A stretch of DNA of 64,000 bases from Thermoplasmata archaeon (GTDB lineage Archaea; Thermoplasmatota; Thermoplasmata; Thermoplasmatales; GCA-001856825). The stretch spans positions 21,115 through 85,114 of the forward strand of contig JAJYUZ010000005.1 in the NCBI GenBank assembly GCA_021792255.1, written 5' to 3'. A program made the position numbers and the translations under genes. The notes beneath the pieces were generated by a model. The model made no database searches, had not been told where the DNA came from, and saw nothing but the letters and a program-made list of their open reading frames with translations. How positions within the stretch are numbered: the first letter of the stretch is position 1; each line of letters begins with the position of its first letter. Of the stretch, positions 9,223-18,964 are shown piece by piece.

Positions 9223-12200
9223 ATGTATAAACCCAACAACAGAAAATTGCTTACGGTATTGATCAGTATAGCAATGGTATTCAGTGCTTTCGCAATATTA
9301 GCTCTAACAACAACGCCAGCAGCCGCTGTAACCCCAACACAATCATTTACTCTAACGCCTAACACTGCTCTTGCATCGTATAGCTCTAGTCTCTATGTCG
9401 CATCTAGCTCCGTGACTTTCCCATCTGGAGCGACCATTTACGCAGAATGGAGTACCACCGGGGCTTGGTCCGGATTACCGCCTCTCTGGGCTCATCTAGT
9501 ATCGGGACAAACATCAATTGTGGGACTAGTTGCCCCCCCTTTCAATGAAGCAAGTGGCAGTGGGCCGTGGTACCTTCTGGTATCGTCAACCCAAGATGGT
9601 ACTAGCGGAACTTTCGCTTCTGAAGCCATATCGGCGGTCTCTTCAGTCCCAAGTGTTACAACCACGCAGGCGAGCGGATATGTTGGCAGCACAGTCAACG
9701 TCACTGGCTCAAGTTTCCCAGACAATAGCCCTGTAAACGTATACTTCCTGCACAATCCATCGACAGCTACAAATTTCACAGCTGCAGTTCTTATGACGAC
9801 AGCGACAGCAAATGCAACTGGAGTACTATCTACGAGTTTCACCGTGCCAACTACGGTATATGGAAATTATGGCGTAATCGTTCTTGATACGAACGGAACA
9901 ACAACCGTATATGGCTACGATTCTGCTCATTCGTGGTACGTACCTTACTCTGTCGAAGCATCAGTGACCGTTAGTTACAGCAGCGGCAGTTCTATCTACG
10001 CCGGACAAAGCTTCAGCGTATCTGGAACAGGATTTGCGGCAGCTGGTACAGTCGCTATAAGCGACAATGATGTCAACGCATCGGGTACACTAAAAACAAC
10101 GCCATCCACAATCACGGTAGGAAGTGACGGAACATTCACCGCGACCGTTTCAACATTGGGAGCCACATTTGCGGCACTATCCGCTTCAGCACTTGCAACA
10201 ACTGTTTCCGCAACAGAAACTGGAGTTTCACCTACAGCTACGTCCACTCTTAATGTTACGGGTGGAAGTATAACGGTGTCTCCTGGAACAATTTCGCCAG
10301 GTGGATCCTTCACTTTGACGGGTGTCAATTTCTATCCTGGAGGAAGTATAGCAGCAGATTCAATCACGGTCACTTCAGCAACACTTACTAACTCTGCAGT
10401 AACTGTCTCTTCTACGGGTACGTTCACCGTCAGTGTCTCTACCCTTAAGTTTACGGGAACCCTAACATCGAACAACAAACAAACGGTAACTGCGCCTGAA
10501 ACTCTACCATCTCCAGTGACAATAGGCGGTAGTGGTGTTTACTCTGCAACTGGAAAGGTCAACATCGCGGGACCTCAGATAACAGTGACATATCCTTCTG
10601 GATATTCTCTGACCGCATCTGAGAATGTAACAGTATCTGGAACGAATTTCTTCCCGGGAGCAACCATAAGCGCTAATTCAATAACGTTTGCGGGAATAGC
10701 CGGAACTAACGCAGCATATGCTGTTACGTCCTCTGGCTCGTTCAGCATCCAGTTCACGGTTCCAACGGCTTCAGCACTATCCTCAACAGCCCTAGGTGTG
10801 CACCACATTGCAGTCACTCAGACTATGCCAGGTGGACTAGCTTACACAAACACCACTTTGTACGTAAATGCAATATACAGTAAACCAACTGTGAACAATA
10901 CTGGAATAGAGGTTGCATTATCATCTTCTGCATCAGCCTCAACATCAATCGCTCAACAGAACGTTGGAACGACAATCTACTACTATCTCTTCGGATATCC
11001 TGCGGCCCAGACGGTCTCACTCTACATGGGCTCAGTGCAGGTAGTCTCCAGCATAGTGACGGACGCTAACGGAGCATTCTCCGGAACGTTCGCAATTCCA
11101 GCACTACCCGGATCTGTAGCTGGAGTCGCATATGCCGTTCAGACACAATCTGCATTTGGACTGCAAGCACACACTTACTCCACTGTATCTGTATCACCTG
11201 TGATAACCTTCAGCGCAACCGAGAGCTACTTCACAAACTATGGACTTCTCGCGAGTGGTGATTACTTCAACATTACGGGAACAGGCTTTGACTCTCTCGC
11301 AACGGTTACAATAACCGACGCTGCATCTGTCACGGGAACAGTCGCTTCTTCAGTGACGACCGATGTCTACGGTAGTTTCACTGCTGAAATGCAGGTTACA
11401 AGTACCAGCCTGACTTCAAACATCGTGGATGATGTCACTGCAGCAACCTCAGCAGGGGCAACATACACCATCACCGGCGCGTTCACAGAATTGGGCACAC
11501 CAACCTTGTCGCTGTCAGAATCCATCGCGACAACTGGCGACACAGTAACAGCAACTGTCGGAAATGCAATTGACACATCAATCGCACCCGTTTCGTACTC
11601 GGTAACTGGTCCAATGGGCGCGACTCTTACAGGCTTGACCCATTCTTCCCCCAGCGGGACAATCAGTGTGACAGATTCCACTAACGGAACTGCAACCGAG
11701 ACTCTGGCAGCAAACGTTACTGGTTTCCCAGGTGCGAGTGCAGTATTCCTGCTCTCTATACCAGGAAGCACTGGATACCTGCTGAATTCAACAGGCGGTC
11801 ATAGCGTCAGCGCAACTCTGGGCGGATCATTTACGGTATACGCAATCGGATTTGGATCGGGCAGCTACGTCAACCTCGGTGCAACGGGATCACTAGCACC
11901 TACGGGAGGTAGTTCTTCTTTGACCACACACGGAGGATTCATATTCTCTTCAGTAGGTATACCCCTTTCCTCTGCGGTTGGTACATACCTAATATACGGA
12001 CAACAGGCTGCCACATCTGGAGGATCTCCCACTTACACCACAAGCCTAACGGGATCGCTGGTAGTTTCTTTCGCCGCAAATCTGACACTTGGCGCTTACA
12101 ATGGCAACATCGGCAGTACAGTATCTGTAACTCCAAACGGGCTAGTCGCAGATCACTACTATAATCTCTACTTCGGAACAATGCTCCTGAGTTCTTCACC

Positions 12201-13353
12201 GTTCTTGGGATCTGCAGTACCTGGAACGTTCGTAGTTCCACTGGTTCCTGCTGGAACATATAACGTGTCTATAGTGCCTCTGGGATCAACTACACCTGCA
12301 GCATCGGCCGTCTTCACAGTGACCGTCACGACAGAATTCAGCCTCAGCGTTGACGCCCCTACGGCCTTCCCCGGACAGATAGTGACATTCGCCTGGAAAG
12401 TTGCCAACACAGCTCCTAGCACAAGCGTCTTCTTGACTAGCGGGTACTATGGAGCAACGACTGTAACGGTCTATCTAAACGGAACGGCCTTTGAGACTAT
12501 ACCTGTTTCTCCAAACGTTGCGGTTACCTACACTTGGCTGAATGGTTCATTCCAGATGCCAAACGATAACGTCGGCACATACTGGACATTGACGCTCTCA
12601 TATATGCAGGTACAATACGGCTCTACGAAGACGGTTTCCGCTACGACTGGCACTGGTGCATACATCCAGCTCGTATCTGGAAATGGCGCACTGCTCACTG
12701 GAATAACATCGAACCAGACAGCAACACTCTTGGCAGACATCAACAGCACGTTAAAGACATCAATGAAAGTTCCGCTCTCCGAGCTAAATGCAACAGTAGT
12801 GGCACTTAACAGCACTTCAGCTAAAATAACAACAGCATTCGGTAATATGACAGCAACACTCAAAGCAATCAACGCTTCAGTCAACGCGATAGTGGCTGGA
12901 CAGGTCATAGTCACGACAGACCTCGGAACAATAACGACCAGCTTGGCCTCTATGAACGCAACACTTGCGTCTGTAAGTGGAAATTTAGCTACGGTCGTCA
13001 CTTCGGTTGGAACAATAACAACGTCTCTCAGCAACATCAACGCAACTGTAGCATCCAACGGACAGAAACTTGTGACCATCACCACGGACCTAGGAACGCT
13101 CTCAGGAACGATCACCAGCGTCTCTGGTAAAGTAGCTACAATCAGCACTCAGCTCGGAACAATGCAGACAAACGTGTCGCAGATACAGGGATACACCAGC
13201 CAAATAAGCAACAATACAAAGACCATTGGTACCCTTGAGATATTCCTTGTCGTCATCATAGTGCTTGTACTGATAACACTGGTGCTTGCCTTAATGGCAA
13301 TAAGCGGAGTGAACAAGGTATCCAAAAAGGTCAATGAAGAGAAGAAGCAGTAA
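9223..13353 (+). CDS. Large S-layer-like surface glycoprotein (Ig/IPT-like domains, 28-aa repeat stalk, C-terminal TM anchor)
   Basis: Signal peptide ending PAAA; S/T/G/A/V-rich; repeated G..V.V.G.GF/NF modules; FQMPNDN and GNGALLTGIT block; stalk repeats; TM helix and Lys-rich tail; strong SD and terminator. Confidence 0.85.
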   Translation: MYKPNNRKLLTVLISIAMVFSAFAILALTTTPAAAVTPTQSFTLTPNTALASYSSSLYVASSSVTFPSGATIYAEWSTTGAWSGLPPLWAHLVSGQTSIVGLVAPPFNEASGSGPWYLLVSSTQDGTSGTFASEAISAVSSVPSVTTTQASGYVGSTVNVTGSSFPDNSPVNVYFLHNPSTATNFTAAVLMTTATANATGVLSTSFTVPTTVYGNYGVIVLDTNGTTTVYGYDSAHSWYVPYSVEASVTVSYSSGSSIYAGQSFSVSGTGFAAAGTVAISDNDVNASGTLKTTPSTITVGSDGTFTATVSTLGATFAALSASALATTVSATETGVSPTATSTLNVTGGSITVSPGTISPGGSFTLTGVNFYPGGSIAADSITVTSATLTNSAVTVSSTGTFTVSVSTLKFTGTLTSNNKQTVTAPETLPSPVTIGGSGVYSATGKVNIAGPQITVTYPSGYSLTASENVTVSGTNFFPGATISANSITFAGIAGTNAAYAVTSSGSFSIQFTVPTASALSSTALGVHHIAVTQTMPGGLAYTNTTLYVNAIYSKPTVNNTGIEVALSSSASASTSIAQQNVGTTIYYYLFGYPAAQTVSLYMGSVQVVSSIVTDANGAFSGTFAIPALPGSVAGVAYAVQTQSAFGLQAHTYSTVSVSPVITFSATESYFTNYGLLASGDYFNITGTGFDSLATVTITDAASVTGTVASSVTTDVYGSFTAEMQVTSTSLTSNIVDDVTAATSAGATYTITGAFTELGTPTLSLSESIATTGDTVTATVGNAIDTSIAPVSYSVTGPMGATLTGLTHSSPSGTISVTDSTNGTATETLAANVTGFPGASAVFLLSIPGSTGYLLNSTGGHSVSATLGGSFTVYAIGFGSGSYVNLGATGSLAPTGGSSSLTTHGGFIFSSVGIPLSSAVGTYLIYGQQAATSGGSPTYTTSLTGSLVVSFAANLTLGAYNGNIGSTVSVTPNGLVADHYYNLYFGTMLLSSSPFLGSAVPGTFVVPLVPAGTYNVSIVPLGSTTPAASAVFTVTVTTEFSLSVDAPTAFPGQIVTFAWKVANTAPSTSVFLTSGYYGATTVTVYLNGTAFETIPVSPNVAVTYTWLNGSFQMPNDNVGTYWTLTLSYMQVQYGSTKTVSATTGTGAYIQLVSGNGALLTGITSNQTATLLADINSTLKTSMKVPLSELNATVVALNSTSAKITTAFGNMTATLKAINASVNAIVAGQVIVTTDLGTITTSLASMNATLASVSGNLATVVTSVGTITTSLSNINATVASNGQKLVTITTDLGTLSGTITSVSGKVATISTQLGTMQTNVSQIQGYTSQISNNTKTIGTLEIFLVVIIVLVLITLVLALMAISGVNKVSKKVNEEKKQ

Positions 13354-13363
13354 ACTCAACTGA

Positions 13364-13396
13364 TTTTTTCCTTTTTTATTTTTTATTCCATTTTTA
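13364..13396 (+). terminator. Oligo-T terminator
   Basis: TTTTTTCCTTTTTTATTTTTTATTCCATTTTT immediately after the stop. Confidence 0.7.
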
Positions 13397-13517
13397 TTGG
13401 CTAAATTCATTCTTGGATTGTAAGTTGCGGACATCATCGCGCAAGTTGCTAAATGCATTTCAGTCACAGCTTGGGAACGTGTGAAAAGTATTATTATTCA
13501 AAAAGGAATCGAAGTTT

Positions 13518-14621
13518 GTGCGAAAGATACTGTTACTTCTGATCGTTATACTGACTCTCATCTCTCCTGCTATCCCATTAACCAACGGAACATCTCCCCA
13601 GAACTACTCGGTCACATTCAGCGAAACGGGGCTTCCCCAGAACTTGAGCTGGTACGTCCTTGTGAACGGGGTGGGAACAACTGCGGACAGTCCAAACATA
13701 ACGTTCTCCGAGCCAAATGGAACTTATCCGTATTTGGTCGGAGATTCTCATGGCTTTCCCGTGACACCACAGCAGGGTAACTTTGTGGTCAATGGCACAG
13801 GTATCCATATCAGCGTTCAATTCGCAGTTCCGTATTACAACGTCACATTCGAAGAGACAGGTCTTCCGAGAGGGTTCAATTGGCAGATAGATTTTGCGGG
13901 AAAGACCGTACAGATGAACAACAGCAGTTACGAATTCAGAGAGTACAACGGCTCTCATCCCTTCACCATTGCCTCAGGCAACAGTAAGTACAGGCCGGTA
14001 CCTTCATCAGGCGTAATAGTCGTTTCCGGTTCTAATCTCACGGAATCGATCGTATTCAAGAAGGTCGAATACACCGTCACCTTTGAGGAGCAGGGGCTCG
14101 CAACGGGGACTACCTGGAATGTGAACGTTTCCGGACAGAACAAGAGCTCCAACGGAACTGTCATAGATTTCAATCTGACGAACGGGTCATATCGTTATTC
14201 CGTCTCTATGATTCAAGGGTACAGCCTTAGTGGTGGCCTTCGCAACTTTACGATTAACGGGACGAATCTGACCTTTAATATTTCATTCTCTCCTCCTCTG
14301 CCTTACACCTTCATAGTCACCGGTCTGGGAACGGGGGCAACCTGGTATCTTGAAATAGGTGGCTCCAAATACACTTCGAACGGGTCGTTTATCACCGTGT
14401 ACCTCTTTCCAGCCAATTACAGCTACAGGGTTGTGCTTCCTTACGGTTATTCTGCAAGCAATACCGTCGGTACGATAGGCAGTTCCAATGACGTGGTTTT
14501 CATAAGTGCGACAAACGTTCTCATGGAATACGTTGTTGTCATTGCTCTGGTGGTAGTCATTGACCTGATCCTGGCATTCTTTCTGTTAAGACGGAGATCA
14601 AGGAAGATCCAGAAACAGTGA
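13518..14621 (+). CDS. Membrane-anchored surface protein with four Ig-like repeats
   Basis: GTG start; signal peptide; FSETGLP..LSW, FEETGLP..FNW, FEEQGL..GTTW, F.VTGL..GATW; C-terminal TM plus RRRSRK. Confidence 0.85.
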   Translation: MRKILLLLIVILTLISPAIPLTNGTSPQNYSVTFSETGLPQNLSWYVLVNGVGTTADSPNITFSEPNGTYPYLVGDSHGFPVTPQQGNFVVNGTGIHISVQFAVPYYNVTFEETGLPRGFNWQIDFAGKTVQMNNSSYEFREYNGSHPFTIASGNSKYRPVPSSGVIVVSGSNLTESIVFKKVEYTVTFEEQGLATGTTWNVNVSGQNKSSNGTVIDFNLTNGSYRYSVSMIQGYSLSGGLRNFTINGTNLTFNISFSPPLPYTFIVTGLGTGATWYLEIGGSKYTSNGSFITVYLFPANYSYRVVLPYGYSASNTVGTIGSSNDVVFISATNVLMEYVVVIALVVVIDLILAFFLLRRRSRKIQKQ

Positions 14622-14872
14622 GCAGATGTCTTCGGAATCTGCAGACAGAAGGGGTGAAACCAATATTATTAAGGAGGGGGTGTACGATTGATTTTTAGGA
14701 GGTCTAAAAGTTGAACATTTTACTTACATTATTAGGAACGGTCTTCCTGTTTAGAGGACAAGACCAAGCTGATCAGAACCAACTCAGCTCTCAGGGCACG
14801 GATCTATCAAAATGATAATCAGGAGAACATGAGCACAGTATTCAATTCAACCCAATTCTGTCACAGATTTAT

Positions 14873-16786
14873 TCAACCCTGAATGTTCACCAGCTTGATC
14901 TCAAGTGAAACCACACTTATTCCTACCGTCAGGGGCTGTCCGTTTGTAGTCAATTCAAGCGCTGGTCGATACTCTACGAAGTACGAAGGAAACTGCTGAT
15001 AAACGGTATAGTCCACATAGTTGCCGCTTACCTGAAGATCAGAGATACGAGTGGGAGAAGAGGAAATGACAGTACCATTCCCCACCGAAGTTGTCTCGTA
15101 TATATCAGCGGATGTCAGCACAGATTTGGATCCATTTACCATTAACACGTAAGTCATCTGGTATTCTCCAGGGGGGAGATAGTCGGAGTTTCCGCTGAAA
15201 ACCGTTTGATTATAGCTTGTTCCCGGAGCCAAGTTAGTATTAATGGAATAGTTCATGATAAGCGGCACGAAAAGAATTGGGCTGGAGTGATAGTGAAGCT
15301 TGAATATGGTCACGCTGGATATTGACTCATAGATGCCGTAAGACGAGTTGTTCAGGAAATGCTGGGCCCAGAACGGGCTGAATCCCACGTAATCGGGAAG
15401 GGGTACCGTGGCAACGGGTAGTGAACTGACGACGGCATAATCCACCGTTTGATTGTCGTACGTACCGGGCATATAGAAGTACAACCGGTTGGTGAGCTGA
15501 GGGAAAGCCTTCTGGGCAAAGACGGAAGCATTCTGAGGTATATCGGAGAATGCGACGCTCAGGTATTTGTCTTCCTGAGAAACATTCAGCTCGGAATGAA
15601 GGGTACCGTTCTGGATGTTTGTGACGCTAAAAGGTGAATACAGCAGGAAAGAGAGAAACATGGCTACGATCAGCACTATCATCAGTTTTCTAAGATCGTT
15701 CTTCTGCCATTTTAACCTCGATATATTGTAGGATAGTCCCAGAAAAAGGAAGGCAGAGAACAAGAACGTATAGTGGCTAAGGATATCGTAGTACGGTGGA
15801 AAGTTGCCGTAGAAGATGACAAGGAAGAACGGCAGGATAAACAGGGAATAAGGGCTCAGCAGGGGAATGAAGAGGAAGCCGGACAAGACGCCATAGAGAT
15901 AGTTGAGTTTCAGGCCCACGTTACCGGTGAAGCTACCGATAACCGAACCTAGGAGAGTTTCTGTTGCAGCGCTAGGCTGAACCGATCCGGTCCTATGTAG
16001 ATAAAACGAAAAGAGATAGGAAAGCGGGTATGTAACTGTTACCAAAACCACTATGATCATTAATCCGGCAAACAAAACCAGCAGGCTGTTTCTGTAGGAA
16101 CGTACAATTTTATCCAGTGTTCCGTCCCTCTTTCTGGTAATTCTCGCAAGGAATCTGTACGAATAACCTTCATTCCTATAGTCCTCTATCAAAAAGAAGA
16201 TGGCCACGATAAACGGCGAGACAAATGATGTGAGTGCCCCTAAGAGGCCAATTACGACGGATGTCAAATAGTTCCTTCTTCTGAAGAAGTAGTAACTCAT
16301 CAGAACAAAAGTGGGCAGCAGGATCTCGAACTCTGGGCCATTCGTGATCATGCCATAATTGGAAGGAAACAAGAGATAGACGAGCTGAAGAGTGAATGCC
16401 CATGACAGAGATTCGGTCTCTTCTCTAACGATCTTGAACAGAAAATACGATCCTATCGAGATCCACAGAGCTTCAAACACTACAAATGAGACCGGTGAAT
16501 TGTAAATGAACACCAAAGGGGCCAGCAGTGTGTATATCAGGTCTCCATTGGAATTTGGATTTATGGTCTGACCTGGCAAACCCGCTAAAACGTGAGTTTG
16601 AAAAAATGTATAGAGTAAGTGGTAGTTGTAGCCCAGATCTACAACATAGAAATTGTACCCGTTGTAGAAGTTAACGAAGAACCAGGCAAATAGGATTGAA
16701 AATACGATTGTAACAATCGCGGATATCAAATCAAACGCATCTAACTTTCTGGGGAATTTGTTCCTCGAAAGGATGCAAGTACTCAT
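14873..16786 (-). CDS. DUF2079-like multi-pass membrane protein (putative GT-C glycosyltransferase) with soluble C-terminal domain
   Basis: VVDLGYN after the first TM; about 11 TMs; IPQNASVFAQ..FPQLTNR; YLPPGEY domain; homologous to 35771-37876. Confidence 0.7.
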   Translation of the reverse strand: MSTCILSRNKFPRKLDAFDLISAIVTIVFSILFAWFFVNFYNGYNFYVVDLGYNYHLLYTFFQTHVLAGLPGQTINPNSNGDLIYTLLAPLVFIYNSPVSFVVFEALWISIGSYFLFKIVREETESLSWAFTLQLVYLLFPSNYGMITNGPEFEILLPTFVLMSYYFFRRRNYLTSVVIGLLGALTSFVSPFIVAIFFLIEDYRNEGYSYRFLARITRKRDGTLDKIVRSYRNSLLVLFAGLMIIVVLVTVTYPLSYLFSFYLHRTGSVQPSAATETLLGSVIGSFTGNVGLKLNYLYGVLSGFLFIPLLSPYSLFILPFFLVIFYGNFPPYYDILSHYTFLFSAFLFLGLSYNISRLKWQKNDLRKLMIVLIVAMFLSFLLYSPFSVTNIQNGTLHSELNVSQEDKYLSVAFSDIPQNASVFAQKAFPQLTNRLYFYMPGTYDNQTVDYAVVSSLPVATVPLPDYVGFSPFWAQHFLNNSSYGIYESISSVTIFKLHYHSSPILFVPLIMNYSINTNLAPGTSYNQTVFSGNSDYLPPGEYQMTYVLMVNGSKSVLTSADIYETTSVGNGTVISSSPTRISDLQVSGNYVDYTVYQQFPSYFVEYRPALELTTNGQPLTVGISVVSLEIKLVNIQG

Positions 16787-17125
16787 ATTAGTTCCACTTA
16801 ACTACTTGACCTTAATTAGTTTTCTCAGGAAATAGAACAAATTGGGAAAAGTTGACAAAATCTTGAATTTGAAAACGTTTTCACTTTAGCCTTGAAATCG
16901 GTGTCTGAAAAATTTATGATACTAGCAATAAGATAACAATTTATCTATGGTCTTTAATGACCGCTTTGATTCTTCCGTAGATAGAATGAAGCACAATTCG
17001 CTGTATATTTCATCAAAGTAATCTCATTTCCCTCTATTCTATCGAATCTGTTTGAGCATAGCGCCCAAATTTTGAACAAAAAGTAAGATTCAAAGAACAA
17101 AGAAAGGATGACTTCAAGAGTACTT

Positions 17126-18649
17126 TCAGAGAAATAGTACTGATATTATTTTCTTGATTTTCCAAAGCCAGCCGGGAACAAGAAGCATTATGAAATCAAG
17201 ATCAACTTTATTAAAGGTCTTCAAAACTTTAATCATCCCCAGATAGATGGCAAATCCCAGCAATATGAGAAAGAAGAGCCTGAGGGGTGAGTAGTGAATA
17301 GCCGCCTGCAAGAGGAATATTACGATGAACATCACCGTTGCGGAAAGGTATATCTTCGCTACCTTCCTCCCCTCGATTTTAAGTGTGTTGAACTTTTTTG
17401 CGTAATGGTACATGATCACAAACGATACCGCGCTTATGGAAGAGTACCCTATTGCAGCGCCTATCATCTGATACCTTGGTATCAGCAGTATGGAAAGTAT
17501 GAAGTTGGATAGGAGGGCGAATGACGAAGTGAGCAGGAATATCCTCGTCTTCCTTATTCCCTGAAGGGAGACAGCAAGGATGTTGCCAGAAACGAAAACT
17601 GAACTGGATACAAGGACGATTATCACAGGTATTGACGCAGGAAGATATGCCCCGTTGGAGAGAAAGAGGATTATTGAAGAGGATAGGGATGCAACTAACA
17701 TTGCTATCGGTACGTATGTGCTGCTCATCAGCTCGATCCCTTTTGATACATAATTTTTGAAATCCTCCCCTCTCTCCTGACCGTACATTTCAGAAAGTTT
17801 AGGTAGGAGTATGGTTAGGAACGGCCCAACTATAAAGCCTATTGCAGAGCTTATCAGGAGTGCAAAATTATATATGCCCAGGAGGGAGAGGTTCAGGAGG
17901 TATGAGACAACGAACCTGTCCACATAGCCTGCTCCATATCCAATGAGGGATGCGAGGAATATCGGGAAGGCGTAGCTGAAAATCCTATCGCTCGCTGGAT
18001 GTTCAGCATTCACAACTGCACCCTGCACCTTCCTGAAGATGAGAATCGCATAAGCCAGAGCTGAGAGTCCGTATCCCGAAGCCCATCCTACAACGATAAA
18101 AATCGGATCGTCGAAGATGAACAGAAGAATGACTGGCAGGGAGTAGCTTATAAGTACTCCTACGATGCTCCAAATCGCCTGAGACCTGAAATTCTGTAGA
18201 CCCAAGAGTATTCCACTGAGCGCCGTCCCCATGATCATGAAGAAAAGGTCTATGCCTAGGAATCTTACCAGTGCCACATATTTTACGGAGTGGAAGAAGA
18301 GCATCGCGAATACGGGTGATGAAAAATAGAGAAACACAAGGGAAGCAGATGATAAACCCAGACCTATAACGACGAATTTCTTTATCAAATTTCTGATTAT
18401 CCCGAACTCCCCCTTACCAAGATGGTAAGATATGAAGTGTTGCAGTCCGTAACTAATGCCAACTGAGAATGTTATGTTCAGAAGGGATGCTATTGCAAGC
18501 AGGAGGGCGACTATGCCGACCAGCTCTGAGGTATAGAAGTGGATTATGTATATATAGAAGATGAATCCAGCGAAAACGGAGGAGACGGAGTTTGCATACT
18601 GGAAAAAAACACCACTTCCAATATGCTCCCTGATCTCCAGCTCTTCCAT
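17126..18649 (-). CDS. Wzx/RfbX-type oligosaccharide flippase
   Basis: 507 aa, about 14 TMs; YVDRFVV..LL....LGIYNFA, ILLPKLSEMY, LIPRYQMIGAAIG. Confidence 0.88.
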   Translation of the reverse strand: MEELEIREHIGSGVFFQYANSVSSVFAGFIFYIYIIHFYTSELVGIVALLLAIASLLNITFSVGISYGLQHFISYHLGKGEFGIIRNLIKKFVVIGLGLSSASLVFLYFSSPVFAMLFFHSVKYVALVRFLGIDLFFMIMGTALSGILLGLQNFRSQAIWSIVGVLISYSLPVILLFIFDDPIFIVVGWASGYGLSALAYAILIFRKVQGAVVNAEHPASDRIFSYAFPIFLASLIGYGAGYVDRFVVSYLLNLSLLGIYNFALLISSAIGFIVGPFLTILLPKLSEMYGQERGEDFKNYVSKGIELMSSTYVPIAMLVASLSSSIILFLSNGAYLPASIPVIIVLVSSSVFVSGNILAVSLQGIRKTRIFLLTSSFALLSNFILSILLIPRYQMIGAAIGYSSISAVSFVIMYHYAKKFNTLKIEGRKVAKIYLSATVMFIVIFLLQAAIHYSPLRLFFLILLGFAIYLGMIKVLKTFNKVDLDFIMLLVPGWLWKIKKIISVLFL

Positions 18650-18964
18650 TTACTACCCTATGAAGTATCAATATATTACAATTATCTTGAGAATTTGCGC
18701 ATCATTAACGTTTTTTTGGTCAAGGGCACCAGGCAATCTATGTGCGATTGTCAAAGGGGAGGGAATTCATCCCAATTGGACTGGAGAGTCTTTCGTTCAG
18801 GAAGAGGGTTGGTCGCGACTCTCTGTTCCCCGAGCCAGGAGAGACGTGTTGCGGATGCTGGCAGTTCTGGGGTGTGCCCTTTAGGTTTGGTAATCTGAAA
18901 GGAATGCTGGATGTAAAGAGAGTCCAGGCAGGTCAGCTGAGAGAAACAATGAAGACTGCTGTCC

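Noticed and set aside
12548-12710. Recombinational switching between the two S-layer-like paralogs through their shared C-terminal block
   Set aside because: The DNA differs at many synonymous positions (e.g. GGAAATGGCGCACTGCTCACT vs GGTAATGGAGCACTCCTGACT), and I saw no long identical tract or invertible-repeat pair
9492-13334. Numerous antisense ORFs in the surface-protein genes (also 60483-60944 and 29724-30455)
   Set aside because: They are explained by the codon bias of the sense genes and show no independent protein features
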